A stretch of DNA of 64,000 bases from Euprymna scolopes (lineage: Eukaryota), in the NCBI GenBank assembly GCA_053919585.1, contig CM132786.1. One strand, 5' to 3'. Positions 1-12,299 of the stretch are shown here, in pieces. The number at the start of each line of letters is the position of its first letter. Position 1 is the first letter of the stretch. The position numbers and the translations under genes are program-made. The notes below the pieces were generated by a model. The model ran no database searches. It saw nothing but the letters and a program-made list of their open reading frames with translations, and was not told the origin of the DNA.

Positions 1-164
1 ATATATATATATATGTATATATATATATGTATATATACATATATATGTATATATATATATGTATATATTAATCAGTAAATTTAAAAGTATATAGTTTAAA
101 AGAACTACAAACAAATATTTATTAAAAGAACACTATATATAGTACAATATACATCTCTCTCACA

Positions 165-220
<56 letters not shown>
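1..220. repeat. (TA)n microsatellites (1-68 imperfect, ~168-220 pure)
   Basis: Dinucleotide runs read directly. Confidence 0.95.
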
Positions 221-223
<3 letters not shown>

Positions 224-485
224 TTAAAAAATCGTACATATGTACCAATGGTCCGCCGCAGTGAGATAAAGAATATTTGTCATATGAAGCATCAAGAATA
301 CTGGGAGAAGAAAATAAACCCAGTCGTGGAACTTCTACGTGTTGCGTGGATTTAGAATTATATTAATCATTAGAAGGAAACGAATTTATTAATGAAATTT
401 GGAATACGAAGCATAAAATCTCTAAACAAAACGATACAGTAGGAAATTTAAACAAAAAAACACGCACAGCCGTGTTATGTTACTT

Positions 486-3400
486 GAATAAATCTGAAAT
501 AAGCAGAGGGCGAATAAGCAGAGGGCGAACAAGCGGAGGGTGAATAACCAGAGAGTGAATAAGCAGAGGGTGAATAAGCAGTGGGCGAATAAGCAGAGGA
601 TGAATAAGACGCGGGTGAATAAGTAGAGGGTGAATAAGCTGCGGGTGAATACGCAAAGGATGAATAAGCAGCGGGTGAATAAGCAGAGGGTGAATAAGCA
701 GAAGGTGAATAAGCAGAGGGTGAATCAGAAGCGGGTGAATAAGCAGAGGGTAAATAAGCAGCGAGTGACGAAGCAGAGGGTGAATAAGCAGCGGGTGAAT
801 AAGCAGAGGGTGAATAAGCAGCGGGTGAATAAGCAGAGGGTGAATAAGCAGCGGGTGAATAAGCAGAGGGTGAATAAGCAGCGGGTGACGAAGCAGAGGG
901 TGAATAAGCAGCGGGTGAATAAGCAGCGGATGAATAAGCAGAGGACGAATAAGCAGATATGAATAAGCAGCGGGTTACGAAGCAGAGGGTAAATAAGCAG
1001 AGGGTGAATAAGCAGAGGGTGAATAAGCAGAGGGTGAATAAGCAGAGAGTGAATAAGCAGAGGGTGAATAAGCAGAGAGTGAATAAGCAGAGAGTGAATA
1101 AGCAGAGGGTGAATAAGCAGAGGGTGAATAAGCAGAGGGTGAATAAGCAGAGGGTGAATAAGCAGAGAGTGAATAAGCAGAGGGTGAATAAGCAGAGGGT
1201 GAATAAGCAGAGAGTGAATAAGCAGAGGGTGAATAAGCAGAGGGTAAATAAGCAGAGGGTGAATAAGCAGAGGGTGAATAAGCAGAGGGTGAATAAGCAG
1301 AGAGTGAATAAGCAGAGGGTGAATAAGCAGAGGGTGAATAAGCAGAGGGTGAATAAGCAGAGGGCAAACAAGCGGAGGGAGAATAAGCAGAGGGTGAATA
1401 AGCATCGGGTGAATAAGCAGAGGTTAAATAAGCAGAGGGTGAATAATTAGAGTGTGAATAAGCAGCGGGTGAATAAGAAGAGTTTGAATAAGAAGATAGT
1501 GAATAAGAAGCGGGTGAATAAGCAGCGGGTTAAAACAGCAGGGGGTGAATAAGCAGAGAGTGAATAAGCAGCGAGTTAATAAACAGAGGGTGAATAAGCA
1601 GCGGGTGAATAAGCAGAGTTGGAATAAGAAGAGGATGAATAAGCAGAGGGTGAATAAGCAGAGGATTTATAAGCAGCGAGTTAATTCGCAGAGTTTGAAT
1701 AAGCAGAGGGTTAATAAGCAGAGGGTGAATAAGCAGAGTGTTAATAAGCAGAGGGTGAATAAGCAGAGCGTTAATAAGTAGAGGGTGATTAAGCAGCGGG
1801 CTAATAAGCAGCTGGTGAATAAGCAGAGGGTGAATAAGCAGAGAGTGAATAAGCAGAGGGTGAATAAGCAGAGGGTAAATAAGCAGCGGGTGAATAATCA
1901 GAGTGTTAATAAGCAGCGGGTAAATAAGAAGAGTTTGAATAAGAAGAGGGTGAATAAGCAGCGGGTGAAAACAGCAGGGGGTGAATAAGCAGAGAGTGAA
2001 TAAGCAGCGGATTAATTAACAGAGGGTGAATAAGCAGAGTGTTAATAAGCAGCGGGTGAATAATCAGAGGGTTAATAAGCACAGGGTGAATAAGCAGAGT
2101 TTCAATAAGAAGAGGGTGAATAAGCAGAGGGTGAATAAGCAGAGGTTAAATAAGCAGCGGGTTAATAAGCAGAGTTGGAATAAGAAGAGGGTGAATAAGC
2201 AGAAGGTGAATAAGCAGAGGATTAATAAGCAGCGAGTAAATTAGCAGATTTTGAATAAGCGGAGTGTTAATAAGCAGAGGGTGAATAAGCAGAGGGTTAA
2301 TAAGCAGAGGGTGAATAAGCAGAGGGTTAATAAGCAGAGAGCGAATAAGCAGAGGGCGAATAAGCAGCGGGTGAATAAACAGAGGGCGGATAATCAGAGG
2401 GTGAATAAGCAGAGGGCGAATAAGCAGAGAGCGATTAACAGAGGGTGAATAAGCAGAGGGTGAATAAGCAGCGGGTGAATAAGCAGAGGGTGAATTAGCA
2501 GAGGGCGAATAAGAAGAGGGATAATAAGCAGAGGGCGATTAAGCAGAGGGTGAATAAGCAGGGGGCGATTAAGCAGAGTGTGAATAAGCAAAGGGTGAAT
2601 AAACAGAGGGTGATTAAGCAGAGGGCTAATAACCAGAGGGTGAATAAGAAGAGGGGGAATAAGCAGAGGGTGAATAAGCAGAGAGTGAATAAGCAGAGGG
2701 TGAATAAGCAGAGGGTGAATAAGCAGAGGGTGAATAAGCAGAGGGCAAACAAGCGGAGGGAGAATAAGCAGAGGGTGAATAAGCATCGGGTGAATAAGCA
2801 GAGGTTAAATAAGCAGAGGGTGAATAATTAGAGTGTGAATAAGCAGCGGGTGAATAAGAAGAGTTTGAATAAGAAGATAGTGAATAAGAAGCGGGTGAAT
2901 AAGCAGCGGGTTAAAACAGCAGGGGGTGAATAAGCAGAGAGTGAATAAGCAGCGAGTTAATAAACAGAGGGTGAATAAGCAGCGGGTGAATAAGCAGAGT
3001 TGGAATAAGAAGAGGATGAATAAGCAGAGGGTGAATAAGCAGAGGATTTATAAGCAGCGAGTTAATTCGCAGAGTTTGAATAAGCAGAGGGTTAATAAGC
3101 AGAGGGTGAATAAGCAGAGTGTTAATAAGCAGAGGGTGAATAAGCAGAGCGTTAATAAGTAGAGGGTGATTAAGCAGCGGGCTAATAAGCAGCTGGTGAA
3201 TAAGCAGAGGGTGAATAAGCAGAGAGTGAATAAGCAGAGGGTGAATAAGCAGAGGGTAAATAAGCAGCGGGTGAATAATCAGAGTGTTAATAAGCAGCGG
3301 GTAAATAAGAAGAGTTTGAATAAGAAGAGGGTGAATAAGCAGCGGGTGAAAACAGCAGGGGGTGAATAAGCAGAGAGTGAATAAGCAGCGGATTAATTAA

Positions 3401-4522
3401 CAGAGGGTGAATAAGCAGAGTGTTAATAAGCAGCGGGTGAATAATCAGAGGGTTAATAAGCACAGGGTGAATAAGCAGAGTTTCAATAAGAAGAGGGTGA
3501 ATAAGCAGAGGGTGAATAAGCAGAGGTTAAATAAGCAGCGGGTTAATAAGCAGAGTTGGAATAAGAAGAGGGTGAATAAGCAGAAGGTGAATAAGCAGAG
3601 GATTAATAAGCAGCGAGTAAATTAGCAGATTTTGAATAAGCGGAGTGTTAATAAGCAGAGGGTGAATAAGCAGAGGGTTAATAAGCAGAGGGTGAATAAG
3701 CAGAGGGTTAATAAGCAGAGAGCGAATAAGCAGAGGGCGAATAAGCAGCGGGTGAATAAACAGAGGGCGGATAATCAGAGGGTGAATAAGCAGAGGGCGA
3801 ATAAGCAGAGAGCGATTAACAGAGGGTGAATAAGCAGAGGGTGAATAAGCAGCGGGTGAATAAGCAGAGGGTGAATTAGCAGAGGGCGAATAAGAAGAGG
3901 GATAATAAGCAGAGGGCGATTAAGCAGAGGGTGAATAAGCAGGGGGCGATTAAGCAGAGTGTGAATAAGCAAAGGGTGAATAAACAGAGGGTGATTAAGC
4001 AGAGGGCTAATAACCAGAGGGTGAATAAGAAGAGGGGGAATAAGCAGAGGGTGAATAAGCAGAGGGTTAATAACAAGAGGGTGAATAAGAAGAGGGTGAA
4101 TAAGAAGAGGGTGAATAAGCTAAGAGTGAATAAGCAGCTGGTTAACAAGCAGAGGTATAATATGCAGAGGGCGATTAAGCAGAGGCAAATAAGCAGAGGG
4201 TGAATAAGCAGAGGGTGAATAAGCAGAGGGTGAATAAGAATAGGGCGAATAAGCAGAGGTTGAATAAGCAGAGGGTGAATAAGCAGAGAGTGAATAATCA
4301 GAGGGCGAATAAGCAGCGGATGAATAAGCAGAGGGTGTATAAGCATAGGGCGAATAAGCAGCGGGTGAATATGCAGAGGGCGAATAAGCTGCTGGGGCTT
4401 AATAAGCAGAGGGTGAGTAAGCTGTGGGTGAATAAGCAGCGGGTTAATAAGTAGCGGGTGTATAAGCAGAGGGTGAATAAGCAGCGGGTGAATAAGCAGA
4501 AGGTGAATAAGCAGAGGTTGAA
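486..4522 (+). repeat. 15-bp minisatellite, consensus GAATAAGCAGAGGGT, roughly 270 units
   Basis: Tandem unit read directly. It accounts for all VNKQR / LFTLC / SAYSP / LLIHP ORFs between 475 and 4549. Confidence 0.98.
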
Positions 4523-5099
4523 ACACGCAGATAACAATACGTTTCTCATTTCTTTTTTTTTTTCTTTACTACACCAATCACAACAGAAAGATAGAATCGC
4601 TGAGAGTTTTTTTTTTATATTAGTTGCTACCTTGCTTGTGTTTCAATTTCCTTCTTTCCTGCAGTAAAAGGGAAAGAAATTATAAATGGTAATGTTATGT
4701 GATGATAGAATAAGAAAAATAAAATGTATGTCGCCATGGGAAGGATTAATTTTTCACCGTTATATGCATTTATTTATATGATCGTTGCGTTATGATAATA
4801 CTTTTTTTGGACTTTTAATTACTGTCTTGCGTCGGTATTTCTTTTTCATATTATCTCATTTCAATATAAAATACATCGTATAATTAATATAATTCCTCCA
4901 ATAAATTATGGCAAAATATAACTGATCATTTATGAGGATCCTATATTAATCAGATAATTAAGGAGGTCATTTGTGTGTTTGTAAAATATTTGGCGGTTAG
5001 TCACGGAATTCGAGCATATTATTCGGAATAATCATACGGAGTATTGATCAGTGCGTAATATGAATTAAAGTAGTGATATGATACATGTACTTCTACAGA

Positions 5100-8000
5100 G
5101 CCACAAAAATCCACTACACTCGCGCTGTAATCAGAGGAAGTACAATACGGTGCCTGCCTTTCTGCAAAGAGTAAAAGTGTTTACATGAAACCACTTGTCG
5201 GTCGTGGGTGACGACCTGCGATGCCTTAGGACGGAATTTTTCCACCACATCACGTTGGTCTAGACAGCAGTCGAAAAGGCCCGATCCGATCAATTGGCTT
5301 TTCATAACAACCATTTCACAGATCACAAAATCTAAATTACGAAGGTTGTCGTAGGGCCAATTTAGCTAGAGAAGAATGCATAACCCTTTCTGTCTTAGGA
5401 TGAGTTATTATTGTGGGAGTAAAAACCCAGCGACTGAACTTTAAACTGTCAATTACCAGCAAGAGTATTTGTGTATGTATCCCTGTTATCACTAGGCGAA
5501 TGCTTTTTCCCTTAGACACATCTCTTCATAGTAGTTGATGTACGAATAATTATTATAAAAAGGACCATCAATCAACATAAATACATGTATTCTCATATTG
5601 AACTCCCCCAAACCCCCAACAAAAATAAAGATCGGCTATATAATAAAAATTGTAGATTCCTATATCCCTGAAATATATCTTAGATGTTATCACTGTCAAA
5701 AGTATGAACACCACAAAAACAAGTGGACTAGACGAAAAATATGTAAAAATTGTGAAATTGACGGATTAGCACAATAAAGCCACTTATCAACAGATGAAAT
5801 GCGTAAACTGCCAAAGAATGAAAATTAAATGCACTCAGGACATCCCTTTCTACAAGCCCGAAAAATAATTGAGAATGTTCATTCCGAATGCGCTTACTCA
5901 ATAATAACTCAATAATTGTAGGCAAGAAACATGGCAAACTCTTATCAAAATGCGAAACTTACACAGAAAATCTACAAAATACAAAGGAAACAAATTACCA
6001 AAGTTTATTTAGACTAATCCTTTTATTCAAAACTCTAATTGAAACTACGAAAATAACACAAAAATCTTAACTAAAACAATTTAAAATGTTGATAAATAAA
6101 AAAATAAAAAAACTTTATAATATAAATGATTAAAAACATCATACAGTGGACTTGCAAAGGCTCAAACACAAATTATAAAGAAATGAAACTTTTAAGAGCG
6201 AAATACAAGCCAGTATAATTGGACTACAGGAAACCTTGCTAAAACAAACTGACAATATCACCCGTAAAGTATACAACATCTACAACCAAGCAAATAGGTC
6301 AGAAAGAGATAAAAGAGAAATAGGTGGCAACTCAATTATAATTAAAAATAAGATAACACACATGAAATTGCAACTTTAAACAAATCTTCAAACAATAGAA
6401 ATTAAAGCTTCACTCCACTGACCGACAGTTGTCTGTTCAATCTACAACCCACATAAATACAAACGTAAAAAGCCAAAATTTAAGCTCTGATAGCAGAATC
6501 TCTTACCCATTTTATTTCAATAAGGAAATTTAATGTCCACAATAAAATGTGGGAATGCAAAAATATAATCCAACCTGGAAAATTTATTGAGTCACTACTG
6601 GAATCACCTGAAATATGTATACTTAATAACAAAACCTAAGCACAGGAACAACATCAGCTATTGATCTAATCCTATGCTCTCCCACAATATTTATGGACTT
6701 TGAATAGGCGTTACCAGTGCGGTAGTGACTACTTTCACATTTTCCTCAAGACTCGGGAATATGTAACAGAAAAACCGAAATGGTAAATCTGTAAAGCTTA
6801 CTGGACCAAATTAAGCAAACTTTGCTCAACATTAATCAACCAAGAAACAGTTAAGAAACTCGATCCAATGTTAACTTTCACCAATATATTAAATGAAATA
6901 GCAACCGAAAAATATTGAAATTTCCTACTAAATTACACCCAGAACCAAAACAATGGTTCAAAAGTGAATGCAAAGAGGCAATAACCAACAGTGAAACGAT
7001 GCTAACGTACTTCAAATAATACCCTACAAAAAACTCAATAAAACACCCACGAGCACGAGCAAAAGCCCGTTATATCATAAAAAATGGAAAAAAGAGACCT
7101 AGCAAATTATATTTGCAAACAGCACGCTATCAGAATAAACATAAGTAATAATAAAATATAACTGACAGAAAACTCAAAACAAAAACAAGCTATATAATCA
7201 TTTTCCAAAATGGGAAACAAACTATAGATTAGAAAGAAATCGCAAGCATAATCGAAACTGAATTCTAAGCAAAACTCCTCCTTCGACAACTACTTCTCGA
7301 AATTCCAAAAATAGAAAAATAACGCAAAAAAACTCAATTGTACACCCAGCAACGAGAGATACTATACCCCTTAATTCACTATAACAGAACGAAACAACGC
7401 GATACATAAAAGCAAAGACCTAGCTACTGGACCAGTCAACACTCAATATCAATCCCTGGAACACAGTCCAGACACCTCCTTCAACATACTTCTACGGATA
7501 ATTAATACCCGTCTAATATCCTAGGAAAACGGGTTCGAATATAATATCATCCAAATTCCTAAGCAAGGAGGGGACCACTCCAACTCTACCACTTATCGTC
7601 CTATTGCTCTAAAGAATTGTATCTTCATAACAATGAAAATGATGGTCAGTATCGGACTGATGTGGCATTTATAAAAATAAGACGTTCTCTCCGGATACCA
7701 AAGTGAATTTAAATAAAATCAATGTACTAATGACGAACTTATTTGTCATAAGGTCTACTAATAAAACACGATGTGGTTAAAACTTTTTTTATCTTGAAAA
7801 AGCGTATGACACTAAGAGATCCTGAAAGATATTCATATTATAGGAATCAGAGATAACCTTGCAATGTTCATCCAAGAATCTCTATGCTAAAGCAATATTA
7901 AGTGTGCTTGGAGAATATTACATCAGACTAATGCATACAAAGAAACAGAGGCAGTAGAGTGTTGTATACTTTCCGTCATTCGATTTCTAATTAAAATCAA

Positions 8001-8660
8001 TAATATAACTAAAACCGTTTGTATGGGGGTTGAAAAAATCACTATTCGTTGATTATAACTTGCTCATCACAAAACAGTCAAACTATTGAACGACAAATAC
8101 AACATTATCTTAACAAAATAGACCATTAAATTAATCACAATGCATGTAAGATACTTAAAAGCAAAACCACATGCTCCCACATCTGTAGGGGAAAATACTA
8201 TCTCGACACAAAGCTCAAAATAAATGGATCACTTATACCAGTAATACAACATACCAAATTTTTAAGAATAAATTTTGATAATAAACTGAATGTACAGGGT
8301 TCACATTAGGAACTTAAAAGCAATAAATTACTTTTAAAATTATATCCTTACTAGATTGGGAAGCAAACCAGGCTACAATGCTCCAAATATGTCGTACACA
8401 TATCAGATCAACACTGAACTAAAGTTCTGCCTTATACAGCTTCACTTACAAATTCTACTACATAAAAACTACAAACTATACAGATTCAAGGTTTACGACT
8501 TAGTCTGGGAGATTTATGAATCTCACCAATGGAAAGCATGTATGAAGAAGTTCATGAACCTCCACTATATTTAAGATGAGAAAACTAGCTTTGCAGTACG
8601 CAACAAAACTGCAAAGCAATTCCGAAAACTCAACATACGAAACTACCTTAAACTTATCTT
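5100..8660 (+). mobile_element. Decayed I/Nimb-type non-LTR retrotransposon, 5' part (ORF1 zinc knuckle, AP endonuclease, RT)
   Basis: Motifs in the expected order across frameshifts: YIPEIYLRCYHCQKYEH (~5661), IIQWTCKG (~6138), IIGLQET, FNVHNKMW, SAIDLILCSP, GSDYFHI, ATGP, YRPIALKNC, LEKAYDT (~7793), LIKINNI, LFVD, KLALQYATKL (~8583). The 5' boundary is approximate. Confidence 0.85.
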
Positions 8661-8710
8661 TTCTAAACTTTTGTTAATCATACTCCCCTTTTGTTATTAC
8701 ATCTGGGTAT

Positions 8711-9504
8711 GGTATAATGTTTATTTCTTACAGAGACCATGTCGTTTTTTTTATCATTTTCTAGATCCTGATATTTTGTTATCTATTCCACTTCCGCTCT
8801 ATTAAGGCCAAAATCGTTTGGGACCGTGACATCGACAATGAGTGCAGTTTTTTTCTGGTTTGTTCTATATTACAATATCTGGTTTGATGGCCTTATCTTT
8901 TACGTATCTGCCCGCCTGTATGTCTTTGTCATAGAATACGGTTCACTTTTCCATTTGAGGTTATCGATGGTGATTCATGTTCCCAGATGTTCGTCGATTT
9001 GTCATGTTGCATCTCTCCACAGATCTTCCAATGGAGGTATTTACATATTTTTTGTGACGGGCGATTTAAAGGCCGTCTGCCAATAAGATTTGACATGCAG
9101 ACATTAAGTGACTTGGGCTTTCACCCACTGAGCGGTAAAACATACACTGGCTATTTGTTTGTAGGTCAGCCATTTTTTTTATCCATTTATGAGTAAGCCC
9201 TTATCTTGCTCGGCTACAATGAGTCTTTCCTCGTCAAATGGGAGTCTCCTACTCTTTAGCCATAAGAGTGAAGCATCATTATCTATGCATTCATGGTTCA
9301 GCTCCTCTGGGAATATCCCTGCTCGCTTATTTTGTTTCCATCCTTGTTTTCTTGTTTGTATCTCCATTTCGGTGTATTTTTTCTTTTTATTCTTGCAATC
9401 TTTGTAACTGGTTTTTCATGTACATCAACAGTGTTCTCCGGTATGACTTCTCCAAAGATTTCAGCACGCTTTGTGATTGAGATATGTTGGAAAAGATGAT
9501 CATG
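8711..9504 (-). mobile_element. R4/Dong-like RLE non-LTR retrotransposon, inverted segment (post-RT region, zinc finger, PD..D endonuclease)
   Basis: Minus strand encodes WKQNKRAG...IDNDASLLWLK...EERLIVAEQD (ORF 9179-9367), CMFYRSVGESPSHLMSAC (degenerate CCHC), ARH, YLHWKIC, KPDIVI, IVDVTVPND, KYQDL, and ends in EINIIP. Confidence 0.85.
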
Positions 9505-9796
9505 AAAGAAATAAACATTATACCGGTTGTGATAGGAGCAACTGGCTTAATAAAAAAGAATTTTCATGAATACTTAAAAACAATTCCTGGAAGACTAAGT
9601 CCTAGCGAGATACAAATAGCAGCCATAAAGGGAACAGCATATATTCTTAAAAGACCCCTGGGATATAAATCCCAATCATAACAGAACCAAGTGTTAGCTC
9701 GAGGAGGGAGCCGCTTGATCTCTTGAAGCTTACTGAAGTAAAAAGAATTACAGAGAAATTACTTCAAATCAATGAAAAACCAGATAACATAGTTAC

Positions 9797-9800
<4 letters not shown>
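9505..9800 (+). mobile_element. R4/Dong-like retrotransposon 3' terminal segment, non-inverted
   Basis: ORF 9484-9681 EINIIPVVIGATGLIKK...IQIAAIKGTAYILKRPLG matches the typical RLE C-terminus (PVVIGALG...Q.A.L.GTA.ILR). A short 3' UTR and (TA)n follow. Confidence 0.85.

Positions 9801-9850
<50 letters not shown>
9801..9850. repeat. (TA)n microsatellite at the 3' end of the R4-like insert
   Basis: Read directly. Confidence 0.95.
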
Positions 9851-9852
<2 letters not shown>

Positions 9853-10890
9853 ACGGACATTTAATAAATAAAACATTTACCTTCCACTAGCCAAATATCA
9901 GAAAAAATATGCAAGTAATCTAAGAAACAGAAGAAACTGCGGAGATCTTTGAAAAATACGCAATGGACCGAAAACCATGAATGGAACACGCGCAGAATAT
10001 ACAGATGGCCAAAGCCAATACCAAATACGACTGCCTGATTATACCTCAATATATACAGCTAAACTACCCGCAATCTAAATGGCACTCAAATACATCAAAT
10101 GCAACAACAAAAACAGTTCATCATATACGCAGACCTCCTTTCTTGCTTAAAGCATATGGAAGATGAAAAAATAAACACCTTTTCATTGCAGAAATTATAC
10201 AGGAATATTATAAACGAAAAAGGTAAAATAATTGTAATAGATATGTTGGCATCCCAGGAATTAACAACAGGCAAACTGGCTAGAGAAGCTAAAAACCATC
10301 AAATAAAAATAAAAAAAATTTCCAGAGACAGACCTAAAAAGAAAAATTAATAAATATCTGGAAAAAATGTTGCAAGAGGAATTGAATCAGTGCGCAGAGA
10401 ACAATAGCATGGACGTCAGTTGGGAATCAGAAATGAAAAAAGAACGGCCTTGGAGAAAAAAGATTGTACTGAACCGAATACGAATCCGACAAACAAAGCT
10501 CATTCCTACCTAATCAAAGTGGCGAAAGCATTAAACTTCACCCTCTGCAACAAACAAATAACACAAATTTAATGAACAAAGTAAAAGGCACAAACATATC
10601 CGAAAGAAATATTTTGGAACAGCTAGCATTGGAGAGAGGATCTAAGAAATGGAACCTCAATAAATTGAAAGTACTTAAAAATTATTCAAATTCCTGCAAA
10701 CTAAACAAAAAACATTTTACTTTAGAGAAATATACTTTTGTACTAAATTTTGGGAAAATTTAAAGCATCTGAAGTCAAAATTTCAAAAACGTTCAAATAT
10801 CTTTAACAAAAAGTTACAATTCTCTATATGAACATTCCACTTCTTTGTCATTAACTGACCCCTTGAGGTCGAAATGGCGCTAAACAGATA
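9851..10890 (+). mobile_element. I/Nimb-type LINE, 3' part (RNase H-like domain and C-terminus)
   Basis: FIIYADLLSCLKHM (ORF 10099) resembles FIIFSDSLSCL, and IVLNRIRIRQTKL resembles V.L.RLRIGHT. It continues the element broken at ~8660. Confidence 0.7.
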
Positions 10891-10904
10891 CATTTACACA
10901 TGCA

Positions 10905-11445
10905 CTCACGAGGCCACTCTTTGCTCATGAATGGAGTATTGTTGTTACATCTGGGCTGATGAAATTGACACTGGTCTCCCTCGAGATAAGGTTTTAAAAA
11001 GTTACCAACCTAATAGGCCACGCACTGTCGGCTGAACGCCAACCTCTGTCCCATCACCGAAATACGGCATTCCTGTGCCTGTTTTACAAGTACTTTAATG
11101 GGAAGTACGTGGAGGAACTCAAAACACTAGTACGCTTTCGAACATATATTCCCAAGTAACCAGACAAATAGCAAATTCCCACTACACTGTAGAGATCCAT
11201 ATATGCCGCAAACGAATCTACTCACATCTACTCACATTGCGTTTCTCTTCCAACTGCTAGATTTTGAATTCTTCCCCGAAAGTACTAGCATGCAGAAGTT
11301 CAAGTGTAATGTGAACAGATAACCCTAACCTGCAGAACTCTTTACATCGTGTCCGTACAATCTGGTTCCAAAATAGTAGTCCCTTACGACTTAGTAGCAC
11401 TGTGCCTTGTTTGGGGCGAAACCTTGTTTTGAAAACAAAAGAAGA
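10905..11445 (+). mobile_element. CR1(Zenon)-type LINE 3' fragment (subfamily B)
   Basis: MEYCCYIWA, QPLSHHRN, LFYKYFNG. Its 3' end (..GCCTTGTTTGGGGCGAAA) matches the 3' end at ~31646-31665. Confidence 0.8.
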
Positions 11446-11884
11446 TATCATGGCCAGGTGTAAAACCTACCACAGAGAACTTGGCATTGCAACTGGGGCA
11501 AGGAAATGAAACATAGTGAATGCAACCGGATTTGTTTCATGCTAATAGCAGCATAGTTCGACGTGTCGTTATAAGAGACTTCGGAGATGAGTAAAAACAG
11601 GCGGCCAATCAATGTTTGTAGTTTGATAACGAAATTATATGTTCTATTATATTGTTTATTGGTATTCTTGTAAACCGTCCCTAATTAAAAACAAAACTTT
11701 TTCTTACTGAGGAATCACCAGTTAAGAGGACTATAATCTACATATGGAAACGGGTTTAGATGAAGTGCCAACCTGAACAGATTCGTTTATTATTGCGATT
11801 TTTGCTTAATTTCCTCGCACCAACAAATTCCCGCTTTTAGTCTAGGTAATATCCTAATTTATGTATAGTTAGTTCCGTATAATA

Positions 11885-11898
11885 TATGTATGCGTCCA

Positions 11899-11949
<51 letters not shown>

Positions 11950-11989
11950 TATGTATATCTATATATATATTACGAATGCGTCCACTTAT

Positions 11990-12068
<79 letters not shown>
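11885..12068. repeat. Compound (TA)n microsatellite with duplicated spacer ATGCGTCCACT
   Basis: Two TA arrays, each preceded by ATGCGTCCACT (~11890, ~11976). Confidence 0.9.
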
Positions 12069-12070
<2 letters not shown>

Positions 12071-12299
12071 GTTTTTAAGCTAAAGACAACGCAGGGAAAG
12101 ACCGGGATTATGGAAGTAAAGAAAGAAAAACAAACACATGTAGACGGGTGTGCTTGAGTAGAGGAGTGTCTAGCCTTTATTCGTATATCTTTCCTCGCCT
12201 CAATGTATAATTATTTATAACCAAGTTGCTGGTATGTCCGGTGTATGTAAAGTCCGTGGGTGGTATGGAACTTTGATTAATTTCGAGAAAAAGGGGCCT

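Noticed and set aside
486-4522. CRISPR array or telomeric repeat
   Set aside because: No unique spacers, no cas genes, eukaryotic TE context, and the array is internal with degenerate edges.
475-4549. Long repetitive ORFs (VNKQR, LFTLC, SAYSP, LLIHP) as proteins
   Set aside because: They are by-products of a 15-bp unit lacking stops in several frames. Variants introduce stops and frameshifts freely, so there is no sign of coding constraint.
5196-5235. Hairpin GGTCGT-GGGTG-ACGACC near the LINE 5' end as an HDV-like ribozyme
   Set aside because: Only one short stem; I could not build the nested double pseudoknot.
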